DNA of 64,000 nt from Eledone cirrhosa (GCA_964016885.1 OZ024742.1:93248001-93312000); one strand, 5' to 3'. Shown: positions 39,967 to 53,719, numbered from the stretch's first letter. A program made the numbers and translations. Notes: generated from the sequence alone by a model not told the origin.

Positions 39967-40720
39967 ATCATCGTCAACCTTTTACACCTGCTTTTCCATG
40001 CTTGCATGGGTTTGACGGCTGTTTTCCAGCATAACCTGCCTCCATTTGTTGTATTCTTTAGTCATTTCCTCTGAGAGCTTTGGTGTTTTGAAATCCACTT
40101 AATCGAAGGCAAGATAATGGGTGATTGAATACAAAGTAGATCAAAGCATGTGTATATATTATCATCATCAGCATCATCACCGTTTAACATCCATTTTTCC
40201 ATGCTAGCATGGGTAAGACGAGTTGTTTCTACAGTTGGATGGCCTTACAAATACCAACTACATTTACAGTGTGGACTGGGTACTTTTAATCATGGCACCA
40301 AAACGATCATTTAATATATATATAAACACTTACATACTCACATCTAGATCACACATGCATATATATCATCACCACCCTTTACTACCTGCTTGCATGGGTA
40401 GATGTGTTTTTGTGTTTTGAACCACAAACTTTTGCCCTGGTTTTCCTTGATCTTCTCCTACTGTCACTTTCTTCCACTAGCCTCATGGGGATGGGTGAGT
40501 GGGGGTATGAAATGCAGTGATGAGAGATCCAGTGTGACTATAGAAAATGTGTGATAGTGCAGTGGTAGGAATGAAGTTTAGAGATAGTGTCTATGGATAT
40601 GACAATAGCAATGGGTGATTGTGTAGTGGTATTCACAGAGAGCTGGTTGTGAAGGTGTGAGAGGTATGGTGATAATGATAGAAGGCAAGATAGAGATAAT
40701 GGGTAATTGAATACAATGCA

Positions 40721-40751
<31 letters not shown>

Positions 40752-40768
40752 GTCATATATATATATAT

Positions 40769-41366
40769 GTCAGGTCACCAGTTGGTGCTACTGGTAACAT
40801 GTATCCCAGTACAACCTGTCTCATGGTCGGGTCGTTGGCGACTAAACTGGCAACCCCACCAAGGTTTCTTGGTGAGGAGGGTGACTTTGGACATCATGCA
40901 GGACTAAAAACAAAACCTGTCAAAGGGCAAATGAGCTCTTAAGAGTCAATGGCCATCCAAAATCACCAGGAGAGATGACCCCTTAGCCTTTGTCAAGGCA
41001 GAATTCTAGGAGAAGGAAAACTCTGATATAACACCTGCAACCCTGATGGTATCCAATGATGTTGACTTGTTCTTCTTTTTGGTAAATATCATCTTGGTTA
41101 AGAGAGTGGGACTGGCTTTGTGCAGTGCTTTGCTCACTATAAAAGCTTCACGGCACAGGCATTGCTTTATATCTGGAGATCTCTGCACTTGTCGTCACAT
41201 GGTACCATGGGCCCAGCACTGTGTCAATAATTGTCACAAGTGTAGTGTTTGTACCAGAGTTTTCAAGTCGCTGGCTGGACTAAAAAGTCACATTCGTTCA
41301 GCGCATCGGTAGTTCTCCTACATGGATATAAAGTAGTGGCCGTACTCGAAAACGAATTGGCAGCCA

Positions 41367-41370
<4 letters not shown>
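40769..41370 (+). mobile_element. Internally deleted (bipartite) RTE-type element
   Basis: The 5' part has ctaggagaaggaaaactctga, which I recognise as RTE-type 5' UTR. The 3' part encodes a terminal C2H2 finger CSVCTRVFKSLAGLKSHIRSAH. (TA)n on both sides. Confidence 0.55.
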
Positions 41371-41407
<37 letters not shown>

Positions 41408-41444
41408 AAATTAAGGATGATTTTCCAAAGAGGAATGGATGATT

Positions 41445-41850
41445 ACATCTCTAGTGCCAGTGTTACATTGAAAGGCACTCGGTACACTCTGCAAAATGAT
41501 AGTTCTGGTGACACAATAAAACACACCTAGCACACTCTGTAAAATAGTATAGCTGGTGCCATGATAAAATGCACCTGTTAGACTCTGTACATAGTGTAAA
41601 GTGGTAGTGTTGGTGGCCCAATATAACACACCCATTACTCTTTGTAACATGGTAATGTTGATACCATGATAAAATGTAGAATATTTGGCATTAGGAAGAG
41701 TATCAAACTACAGAAAACATGTTAAATATGAAATGTTTGAGCAAAACAGAGTCTCTTTGACCAGTCTTGTCTCAGAATGTGATATCCTGTTCGACTCATG
41801 ACAGCATGGAAAGTGGACATAAAATGATGAAAATGATGATGACGATGATA
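41445..41850 (+). repeat. SINE/RTE-tail element with ~6 expanded ~42-nt units
   Basis: Repeated cactctgtaaa.tggtagtg.tggtgcca..ataaaa.gcac, then ggcattaggaag..catggaaagtggacataaaatgatga. Confidence 0.6.
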
Positions 41851-42016
41851 TTGAAACAAACCCTATTGAAACATGTCCACAAGCCCAACTGCTTAATAGT
41901 ACAATTGCAAATTCACATGATTTGCTCATTTGCTCACATTACTGAATTCATGAGATGGACACACAAACATGAAATAGTGGGAGTTCAGTATGTAAATATC
42001 TTCACCAAACACAGTG

Positions 42017-42050
<34 letters not shown>

Positions 42051-42374
42051 ACGCCGACCCCACTGGTACAATGTTTAATACTACAACAAAGGCCGACACC
42101 ATCACCACCACATCTACTACTGCTGCTACTACTACTACTACTGCTACTACTACTACTACTAACGCCACCACCACTGGTACAATGTTTAATACTACTGCTA
42201 CTACAACAAAGACCGACACCACCACCACATTTACTACTTCTACCCCCCCCCCCCCCCCCCTACCACTTCTGCCAAAAGGCTTCTTATCTGTGATTGATGT
42301 GTTAAAGTATACTCTGAAGTTCTCAGTTGGGTTTGTGTGTGTGTGTCATTATCACCATTTTACATCTATTTTCT

Positions 42375-42752
42375 ATGCTTGTTCGATGTGCAATGTAAAT
42401 GTAAGAGAAAGGCAGAGCTTGGATGAGCTGATGGAGAAGCTGGGTTTAAGAGGCATCCAAAGTGGTGAGCAAGAGAGAAGACAGCATTGGTATGGGCATG
42501 TGATTTGCTTGGATGATGATCACTGGGTGAAGAAATACCAGGAAATCCCTTCAGAAGGAAGCAGCAATAGAGGTAGACCTAGAAAGACCTAGGCAAGGGG
42601 ATGAGAGCTGTTCTCAAATCACTGAGACTCACAGAGGAGATGACAAAGGAATGTGGTGAATAGAGAGGTGCTATGCTGAAAAGGACCCATCTAACCCATG
42701 CAAGCATAGAAAAACGGCCGTAAAAACGACGATGATGATGATGATGATGATA
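42375..42752 (+). mobile_element. RTE LINE 3' fragment (family 2-like)
   Basis: MCNVNVRERQS..KLGLRGI..WYGHV..GRPRKT, then a (GAT)n tail. Confidence 0.8.
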
Positions 42753-42910
42753 ATGCATGAGTTAAATAGTGGTAGACATTTTGCTCAATGTGCCATGCAG
42801 TAGAACTGAACATGAAACCACATGGTTGTGAAGTGAACACTTAAATCACTCAGCTTATATATATATATATATATATACACATACATACATACATATATAT
42901 ATATATATAC

Positions 42911-44154
42911 TTGTCTAAGACTAAAGTTCTAATATGTAGGAAGGAAAATAGGGCACTGGTCCCATCTGGGAAATGGCCATGCTCAGTGTGTAGGAAAGGA
43001 GTAGGCAGAAACTCCATTTTATGTCCCAAATGCAAAGTATGGGTGCATAAAAGATGTAGTGGGATCACAGGTAAGCTAACTAAGAATATAGATTTTATGT
43101 GGCCGGTGCTCAGGTGCAATAAGTAGCAGCAAATGCCCACAGAATGCTAGCTCATTCCATTGCCCAGATGGTTCTATAGAAATAGTGGACACCTTCCGTT
43201 ACCTGGGTGACAAAATCAGCAGTGGTGGAGGGTGCCCCGAAAGTAGTGTAGCTAGAGTCAGAACGGGATGGAAAAAGTTCAGAGAGTTTATACCACTATT
43301 GGCCGCTAAAGGTTTCTCTCTAAAAATGAAAGGCAGGCTGTATGATGCCTGCATACGAACAGCGATGTTACATGGCAGTGAGACATGGGCCTTGTGTGCA
43401 GAGGATCTACGCAGACTGGAGAGGAATGAAGCTTGCATGCTCCGTTGGATGTGTAATAGTAATATACGCAAACGGCAAAGCATAGATGAAGTATGTGAGA
43501 AATTAGGAATAAGAGGAATCAGATGCTGTTTACTCAAGAGAAGACTACGTTGGTATGGTCACGTGATGCGCATGAAAGATGACAGCTGTATAAAAAAGTG
43601 CAGGGCGATCAAAATAGATGGTAGCTACGGAGTAGGCAGACCCAGAAAAACCTGGGACGACTTGATAAATTCCGACCTCACACACTTACACCTCTCCAAG
43701 ACAATGTAAGCTGGACCGAGATCTTTGGCGCTACGCAGTAATACAGAAGACCCGCCTTGCCTAAGTACAAAGCAAAACCTACAGTCAGTAGGCACCTCCT
43801 AACCAAAAATACACCCTGTCCCACTACCCCTAACTCCACCCCCATCTTCACCACCCCTTTTGATGTAAAGTTATGTTGGTACCACAAAATCCAGTTCGAA
43901 ATAAATGAGGTCGTGTAGGTGTCACAACAAAAAAAAAGACACAGTCCACGCTGTAATGTGGGCGTGTAGGTAACACAGTAAAAACCTCCCAGTCCACACT
44001 GTAAACGTGGTTGGTGTTAGGAAGGGTATCCAGCCGTAGAAAACCCGCCAGACTGTCCTGAGCAAGACAACCAATATTTCCTCAAGTGGGCAATTCCCAC
44101 CCAGACCCATGCTAGCGTGGAAGATGGACGTTCAACGATGATGATGATGATGAT
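42911..44154 (+). mobile_element. 5'-truncated RTE LINE, family 1, including a Cys/His-rich finger
   Basis: KTKVL..WPCSVCRKGVGRNSILCPKCKVWVHKRCSG, a frameshift, then the FRYLGD..GRPRKTW C-terminus, UTR and (GAT)n tail. Confidence 0.92.
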
Positions 44155-44168
44155 ATATATATATATAT

Positions 44169-45006
44169 ATCATCATCATCATCATCATCATCGTTTAACG
44201 TCCATGTTCCACGCTTGCATGGGTTTGGACGGGAGTTTTCCCACTTGAGGCAAGAGTGGTTGTCTTGCTCGCATAGGACTATCTGGCGGGTTTTCTACAG
44301 CTGGATGCCCTTCCTAACACCAACCACAATTACAGTGTGGGACTGGGAGGTTTTTACCGTGTTACCTACACGGCCACATTACAGCGTGGACTGTGTGTTT
44401 TTTTTGTCGTGACACCTACACGATCTCATTTGTTTCGGCCTGGATGTTGTGGCACCAACATAACTTTACATTGAAAGGGGCGGTGTGGATGGGGTGGGAC
44501 GGGGCTGTATTTTGTTAGAGATGCCTACTGACTGTAGTAGGTTTTACTTTGTATTTAGGTAAGGCGGGTCTTCTCTATTACTGAGTACCGCCAAAGATCT
44601 CGGTCCAGTGACATTGTCTTGGAGAGGTGTAAGTGTGTGAGGTCGGAATTTATCAGGTCGTCCCAGGTTTTTCTGGGTCTGCCTACTCCGTGGCTACCGT
44701 CTATCTTTATTGCCCTGCACTTTTTTATACAGCTGTCGTATTTCATGCGCATCACGTGACCATACCAACGTAGCCTTCTCTCGAGTAAACAACATCTGAT
44801 CCCTCTTATTTCTAATTTTTCCCTTAGTTCGTTTATGCTTTGCCGTTCACGTATATTACTATTACACATCCAGCGGAGCATGCAAGCTTCGTTCCTCTCT
44901 AGTCTGCGTATATCCTCTGCACACAATGCCCAGGTCTCACTGCCATGCAACATTGCTGTTCGTATGCAGGCATTATACAGCCTGCCTTTCATTTTTAGAG
45001 AGACCC

Positions 45007-45011
<5 letters not shown>
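44169..45011 (-). mobile_element. 5'-truncated RTE LINE, family 1, tail-to-tail with the previous copy
   Basis: Reverse-complement match to 2020-2856. ORF runs to 44555. Confidence 0.92.
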
Positions 45012-45088
<77 letters not shown>

Positions 45089-45640
45089 ATATATATATAT
45101 ATGTATGTGTGTATATATATATATATGTATGTGTGTATATATATATATATGTATGTGTGTGTATATATATATATATATATAGTTATGTAATAAACAACGT
45201 AAGGCAATTATTACATTTACCAGTGGTTTCTTAAAAGCAAAAGATTTTGCTTTCAATCCTCAGAATGAAAAAATCCTGGTCTGTTTATTGAATTTATTTT
45301 TTAAAAACAAAAATGCAATCTATATGAAAGTGAGGCTGGAGAAGGAAGAAGGAAAGGAAAAATAAAATAAAACCACACATGCAAACACGCACACTCACAC
45401 ACAAAAGCATATACACACACACATATATATATACATATACATACATTCATACATACACACACACACATATATGTGTATATAAATACACACAAACATATAC
45501 ACATATATACATACACACATAAATATCAACACATCCATACATACACATACATATATACAACCACACACACATATATACACACATACATACACATAGAAAC
45601 ATAAATATAAATACATATACATACACACATATACATACAT

Positions 45641-45674
<34 letters not shown>

Positions 45675-46258
45675 ATGTGTACAAGCATACACATACACAA
45701 ACATAGCCATACACACATACATATACATACATACATACATACATACATGCACACAATCATACATATATACACACGTACATACATACACATACATAAATGC
45801 ACTCCTCTACATATTCACACACGCAAATAAATATAAGAAAAAAAAAATATATATATAAAAAAATTTTTGATAGCGATACAAACGGCAGGTCTATATTAGA
45901 CCATTCGATGGAGTACCAAAGGGGCACAAAGAATTGTTCTTTGTGTACCACAGAAAAGTATAGGATTTTGCTAAACTTGAGAGCCACTTCCACTTGCCTT
46001 AACTCAAAGACTGAGATCTTCAGATGCTGTCCTCATCTGAAATCGCATCTGATCTGTAACTGGATTGACACTCCTATGATAAATCAACCGCCTTGAACTC
46101 CTTCTCTGCTCTTTATTTTGCTGAATCTACGTTCTGTACTCTTGTATATATATTTTTTTTTCTCCCTTACCTCCCCTTATATTTCACCTTTTCCTATGCC
46201 CCCCCCCCCCATATATTCTTTTTGCCTTGCCCTTCACATACCTATGTGTATGTATATT

Positions 46259-46323
<65 letters not shown>

Positions 46324-46440
46324 TTGTGTGTGTATATGTATGTATATGTGGATAGACCAGGTCTTTTTCATTCTGAATATTGAAAGAAAAATGTTTTGCT
46401 TTTAAGAAACCACTGGTGAATGGAATAATTGCCTTATATT

Positions 46441-46471
<31 letters not shown>

Positions 46472-46492
46472 GTGTGTGTATATATATATATA

Positions 46493-46800
46493 TCATCATC
46501 ATCATCATCATCATTTAACGTCCGTGTTCCACGCTTGCATGGGTTTGGACGGAGGGTTTTCCCACTTGAGGCAAGAGTGGTTATCTTGCTCGCATAGGAC
46601 TATCTGGCGGGTTTTCTACAGCTGGATGCCCTTCCTAACACCAACCACATTTACAGTGTGGGGCTGGGAGGTTTTTACCGTGTTGCCTACACGGCCACAT
46701 TACAGCGTGAACTGTGCGTTTTTTTGACGTGACACCTACACGATCTCATTTGTTTCGGCCTGGATTTTGTGGCACCAACATAACTTTACATTGAAAGGGG
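46493..46800 (-). mobile_element. RTE family 1 3' UTR fragment
   Basis: Matches 2557-2856. Another such fragment lies at ~50800-51125 on plus. Confidence 0.85.
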
Positions 46801-47034
46801 CATATATATATATTTGTGTGTGTATATGTATGTATATGTGGATAGACCAGGTTTTTTTCATTCTGAATATTGAAAGAAAAATTTTTTGCTTTTAAGAAAC
46901 CACTGGTGAATGGAATAATTGCCTTATGTTGCTTATTACTTTATTACTTTACTACTATATATATATGTATATGTAAGGTTCATATGAATTATCTAAGACT
47001 GAGTTTTACACACACACACACATGTATGTATGTG

Positions 47035-47086
<52 letters not shown>

Positions 47087-47870
47087 TGTGTGTGTGTGTT
47101 TGTATTTGGTTGTGCGTGTTTATGATATGTACGTATTTGTATGTGTATAATTGTATAGCTATGTATGTATATGTGTGTATGTATACATATGTGTGTGTGT
47201 GTATTTTTATATTTATGTATATATATATATATATATGTGTGTGTATATAATTACATATACTTATGTGTGTGTATAATTGTATACGAGTGCGTGTGCGTGT
47301 TTGTGCACGTATTTGTGTATGTATGTGTTTATGTATTTGTATATGTATATTTATGTGTGAGAGTGTGTGTATGTATTTACTATTTCGTACGTATGTATAC
47401 GTGCATTTGTGTGTATTACTTACCACGCGTGTCTGTCCAGTTACCTGCCGTTTGTATCGCTGTCAAATTTTTTTATATATATCTATATTTTTTCTTATAT
47501 TTATTTGCATGTGTGAATATGTAGAGGAGTGCATTTATGTATGTGTATGTATGTACGTGTGTATATATGTATGATTGTGTGCACGTATGTATGTATATGT
47601 ATGTGTGTATGGCTATGTTTGTGTATGTGTATGCTTGTACACATATATATATATAGTATTTACGTATCGAGAAAGAGAAAAAAAGGGGGATTAGGTGATA
47701 CATATAGTTATTTGCCAAGTAGCGTATGCCAAAGGTGCTCGATACTAGTGCCGGCAGTATTAAATATTCGAAGTGTTAATATTTAGTGGGCTAGAGAGTT
47801 AGCAGAGCGTAAGCACGTGGGAAAGTAAAAAATCGGAGAATAGACCGTTAAAACATGTTTATTTAAAATA

Positions 47871-47912
47871 TCACCTACGTACGTTTCGCCCAGTTGGGCT
47901 TCTCAAGGGCAT
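47871..47912 (-). ncRNA. Hammerhead ribozyme variant I (U3-A8 core)
   Basis: Minus strand reads atgccc-TTGAGAA-GCCCA-ac-TGGGC-GAAA-CGTACG-TA-ggtga. Palindromic stem III; stem I short and imperfect. Confidence 0.6.
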
Positions 47913-48344
47913 AAATAATCACAAGTGTTCCTTATATAGTTCGGAAAGAGTTTTGGGGGTTAAATCTACATCAAGATTCATTGCTCGCAAAAATATCTTG
48001 TTTTGATTTTGCAGCAGGTCAATATATATATATGTATGTATATGTGTGTATGTATATGTATTTATATTTCTATGTGTATGTATGTGTGTATATATGTGTG
48101 TGTGTATGTATGAGTGTATGTATATGTATATATATATGTATATATATATGTATATATATATAAATATATATATATGTGTGTGTGTATGTATGCTTTTGTG
48201 TGTGAGTGTGCGTGTTTTTGTGTGTGTGTTTGCATGTGTAGTTTTACTTTATTTTTCCTTTCCTTCTTCCTTCTCCAGCCTCACTTTCATATAGATTGCA
48301 TTTTTGTTTTTAAAATCCAAATTCAATAAACAGACCAGGATTTT

Positions 48345-48402
48345 TTCATTCTGAGGATTGAAAGCAAAATCTTTTGCTTTTAAGAAACCACTGGTAAATG
48401 GA
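48345..48402 (+). ncRNA. Type I hammerhead ribozyme, family H (mirror copy 45212-45269, minus)
   Basis: TTCATT-CTGAGGA-TTGAAAGCAAAA-tc-TTTTGCTTTTAA-GAAA-CCACTGG-TA-AATGGA. Confidence 0.8.
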
Positions 48403-48496
48403 ATAATTGCCTTATGTTGTTTATTACATAACTATTAAGCTCCGTTACCTACATAGAGCACTCTTCTTTCCTGGACTTTTCCGACGGAATTACTTC

Positions 48497-48548
<52 letters not shown>

Positions 48549-48580
48549 TAAATTTCCAATTATATATGTATGTATGTAGG

Positions 48581-48622
<42 letters not shown>

Positions 48623-49597
48623 TACATATATACATATAATATACACACATAGACAAAGAGAGAGTATTGAAAATAGAAAATATGTATGAAAATAGTGATA
48701 TTTTTCAAGATTTCTTTCCTAATATTCTTGGAAGATATATTAATTTATCGTTTCAACATTCAATATTTGTAAATATGTATGCCATGTTTTTTTTCCCCAT
48801 GTTATTGTTCTAAGGATGCACTTTTTGAAATTTGCTCTGCTCTGGCTTCCATTGTAGTTTGAAGTTCCTAAATATGAATTAAAACAAATTTATTTACTGC
48901 ATTGAAACTGGTAATAGTAAATGTAACAAATGAAATATGAGCAAATCAATAATATAAACAGAAAATATGTGAAGGCTGGATCGTAGATATAGAGCTAAAT
49001 ATGTTTGTGTTTCTATGTTCAAATACATAAAAACTGAGAGAAAATAACATACAGTTAGACAAGTTAGAGAATGATATATATGTAAGTATGTGGGATTATT
49101 TTTTATGAATGGGGTTAATAAAATATTCAACATATATGTGTCTATAAATACATTTATATGTGAGCATTTGTGTATGTATTTGTATGTGTACATACACAAA
49201 CACATACACATATATATGTATATATATATATAAATATATGTGTGTACGTGTGTATGTATATAATTGATAACTTTCATAGGTTTCAGCCATTATTAGCCCA
49301 GACCATGTATAACTTAATAGAATCACCATATAAATATATATACAGAAAATGTAAGAAATAGACAGAGAAATGTAGTAAGAAAGAAAAGATGACAGTGAAG
49401 GGGAAAAAATCAAAGGAAAATCATTATTATATTATGTTATAACCAAATATTTTAACAATATGAAATTAAATAAGTAAAAAGGGAAGACATTTTTTGAAGA
49501 TATGTAATTCCTGAGAAGAAAGTAAACACATTGAGATACACATGCATACTTATAGAAAATGTTATATCTATAACTGTCTATCTCTGTCATTATGTCT

Positions 49598-49636
<39 letters not shown>

Positions 49637-52600
49637 AATTAGTTATTAGAGAATACAATACCGAAATTCTTGAACAATCATATTTATTGGTTTACAATTG
49701 TTTCAGAAATCATATCAAAATTCAGTTCATATAAATAAACATTATTGATTATATAATCGATAAGAACAGATGATAATAAAACTGAACCAAGAAATGACCT
49801 CATCTTCAGAACCAAAAAGAAAATAAAGATAAAATTCAAAAATACATGTTGCGGATGGTGGGGACTTACATAAAACATAAAAGGCAAAGCATTCCACTTA
49901 TCATTAGAAGGACTGAAACAGAATTAAAATACATTCTAAAATCAAATTTGCTGCTCAGGTGTTTTGCCTGCTTCTCACAGGGACATCAGAGAAGCAGGAC
50001 CCTATGAGCAGCAGGCAAAACTCCAGAGTGAGTAACAAGACTCACTATTTAGCCTTACTAAAATGAATATTTAAACTCTACTTCAGTATTGATTACTCTT
50101 TTCTCTTGGCCAACAACTACATACGGATATATATATGATGATGATGATGATGATATATATATATATATGAAAAGAGTCAGGACCCCAACGGCTGAGCTCC
50201 GGCTGTTTCAACCAGCCGGAGGTCAGCCATCAGGGTCCTGACTCTTTTCATATTACCCACTCTACTGCCCTAAGTATTGAGTACTCTGGTGCGTTATGGT
50301 CCACCTGGTATCTTACCACACCTTCTTTATGTGTATCATCATCATCGCCGTTTTACGTCCGTTCTTCCACGCTAGCATGGGTTAGACGGGTTGTCCTGTT
50401 GTGGGCAGTGTCTGGTCGGCTGACCATGCCTTGCTCATACAGGAACTGATTTGGCTTGATTTCTACAGCTGGATGCCCTTCCTAACACCAACCTCATTTA
50501 CAGTGAGTGCTGGGTGCTTTTTCGTGGATATATATATATATATATATACACCAATATGCACATATGCACATACCCCCTCCCCACACCCACACACATATAT
50601 ATATATATATGCATATATGGTTCTATGGTAAAGAGGGTTGCTTTGCCATCACATAGTTTGGGTTCTATCCCACTGTATGCCATTTGTAGCATAGATCTCA
50701 TACTATAGCATCAAGTTAACCACTATCTTGTGAGTGAATTTGGTAGACAGAAACTGTGAGAATATACATAAATATATACACCCCCCCCCCACCACCACCC
50801 CATCCACACCACCCCGTTCTATGTAAAGTTATGTTGGTGCCACACCATCCAGGCCGAAACAAATGAGATCGTGTAGGTGTCACGACAAAAAAACACACAG
50901 TCCACGCTGTAATGTGGCCGTGTAGGCAACATGGTAAAAACCTCCCAGACCCACACTGTAAATGTGGTTGGTGTTAGGAAGGGCATCCAACTGTAGAAAA
51001 CCTGCCAGACAGTCCTATGCGAGCAAGACAATCACTCTTGCCTCAAGTGGGACTACCCCCGTCCAAACCCATGCAAGCGTGGAACACGGACGTTAAACGT
51101 TGATGATGATGATGATGATGATGATATTGTACAAATATATACCTTTAACTCTTTTGATACCAAATTATCTGAAGCCTTCCTTTTTTTATGATAGAAAGCT
51201 GTTTATTTTAAATGCTAATATGTATCTAAAATCGTCTTATCATAATTTTAATCAAGAACATTTATTAAGTTATATTCCAACAGACCTTTTCAACAGAGAA
51301 TTTGCTTCAGAACATCCTGTGTGGGCACTCATTAGCAAGGATCATATTTCGAAATCTGAGGGTGAACTAGAAATGTTGAAGGAGGGCAGTGCTATCCAGT
51401 ATCTCCTCTCACCTTGGCGATGGGCTCATGTTCCAAATACAAACTTAATAATGAAAAAGTTATTTATTTTACTAAATCTCTCCAAAACCTTGATTATTTT
51501 CGAAATTATTTAAGAGTAATAGGTAGTATATTTTATCAGAAATATGGTAATGAAAGTGTTAATAGAAATATTCATATTCCATTTATGGGTAAAAAAAAAA
51601 AGAGCCCAAAAATTAATGGTGCAAATTTTGAAAGATAATCAATAACTTCCATTAATTGTTGAGTAGGGAAGCAACTTAAGTTAACATTTTTTGCAAGGAG
51701 AGGGACACTTGTGCGATGTAAGAGTCACTTATATGTGTAAACTTCAAATATAACCCTTTTGACACCAAACCAACTGAAACTATTCCTGACTCCACAATAC
51801 AAAACTGCTTGCTTTAAAGTGTCTTTATCCTCATCATTATAATAATAATCACCACCGTTTAACATCTATTTTCCATGCTTACATGGGTTAATCAGGTTAT
51901 CATGTACTAAGGCTAGACAGGCTTGGTTTTTACAGCTAAGTTGCTTTCCTAACACCAACCACTTTTCCGTATGTACTGGGAGTATTTTATCATAATGCTG
52001 GCACTACCAGTTTATGATTTAAATGAATCTATAGATTTCATTTTTCCATTACTGATAGTATCTGTTGATCACAACTCTTGGGAGAGCCAGCATCAGATAC
52101 CAAAACTCAGCACCATGTCTTATGCTTTAACAATTCTACCAATCTACTCCCAATTTATATTTATCTAAACATTTGCAATCATAAATTTATGTAAATTATG
52201 TTTCAAATACTATCTTAAAATTGAGAAAGTCAGTTATATCCCTGCTGAATCCCTCCAAATTCTTGAGCATTTCCAAAATGATTTGAAAATCATAGACTGT
52301 TTTTCATAGTAATGAAAAAGTTAATAGACTATAGAATGTTGTAGCTTAGGTTAAAGTATATAAAGTAGATGAACTGCCAACCATGTAACCATCCAATGCA
52401 AGAGAGTATGTAATATAAATAGGATAAATCATCATCATTTTATATTTGCTTATCATGTTAGCATGGTTTGGATGGGTTGTCACAATCTGGGACACGATGG
52501 TGAGATAACCACATCTTGTTTAAAGTTCCACATTTTAGTATCATTTCTATGGCTGGATATTCTTTCTACTAGCTGCATTTTATTATGGAACCATCACTAC

Positions 52601-53719
52601 AATTTTATAGATTGTACTGGGTGCATTTTATTGTTGCACCAGCACTACCACTTTACTTTAGAATATATAGAGTGTATTTTATTGTGGAACCAGCACTAGA
52701 AAGCTTGTGATATGCTTGGCCTGAATGAAGAGCCCTCTCTGTCTCTTTTCAAATGCTCAACACTTTACAGAGTGTACAGGGTGCATTTTATTATAGTACC
52801 AACACTAGAGAGGTTGTCAGGTACAAAACAGATACTGAGGATTCTATGCTGACTTAGTTTGTTAATCCACCACTTTACAAAGGGATGGGTGCTGAGAACA
52901 TTCCATTATTAAACTAACTAAAAAAAGTTAGCTTAAATGACCCTTGGAAGAAATCGTTAGACTTTTTGTGTTCATAATAGCATTAAGTGTAGAGAAGTAT
53001 GGGAGGTAATTCCCAGAAGATAGTTAACAGAGAATGGTGGCAATGTGACAAAAAGATACATATAATTGTGAGCAAATACATATTGCAATAAAAAGATATT
53101 CATATATTTTGTTTTATTACAGTATTTAAAATGTTTTACTATGAATATTTTAAAGATGTTTCTTATAAATTCGATTTTCATAAAAGGAGAGAAAAACATC
53201 ATCAGAAAAACTGTCATCAATCACTTCTGTTTGAAAAATAGCAATCTTTAACAGGATTCCACATATAATAGTAATTGTGAGTAAATAACTTTATAAATAG
53301 GTTATATTTCAATACTTAGGATAATAAACATTTTGAATGACATATACATAGAGTGCATTTTCTGTTACACCAAAACTAGATTAACCATTTTGATATTAAG
53401 ACCTGAAACTGTTCCTAGTTCTATTAAACAAAACAACCTGTTTTAAAGTATTCGCATTTATATTAAAACATTCCAATATGATCTTGTGTAAAATGTTTAA
53501 GTAATGCTTGAAACACAAGCTAGATAATAAAAAAGTTATTTTCCTTCGAATTTTAGATTATTTTCAAAATTACTTATAATACACTGACAGTGTACTCTAT
53601 TAGAGATCCTCATCATAATCATCATTTTACATCCACTTTTCCTGCTTGCAAGGGTTGGACAAGAACTGATTCTGGCTGCTTGATTTCTACAGCTAAGCCA
53701 TGTACCTCCACAGCAGTAA

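Larger units (their letters stand above)
45181..48500 (+). mobile_element. Rearranged Penelope-like element with inverted and tandem pLTR copies
   Basis: 45181-45640 is inverted at ~48025-48432, and ~45670-45890 is inverted at ~47443-47655. GIY-YIG C-terminus SIL...YQRGTKNCSLCTTEKYRIL..CLNSKTEIFRCCPH at ~45890-46050. Confidence 0.75.

Noticed and set aside
41445-41700. CRISPR-like periodicity
   Set aside because: Degenerate tandem units without unique spacers, in a eukaryotic SINE context, with no cas genes.
42014-42592. Mucin-like Thr-rich 192-aa ORF
   Set aside because: An (ACT)n repeat running by chance into an RTE fragment.
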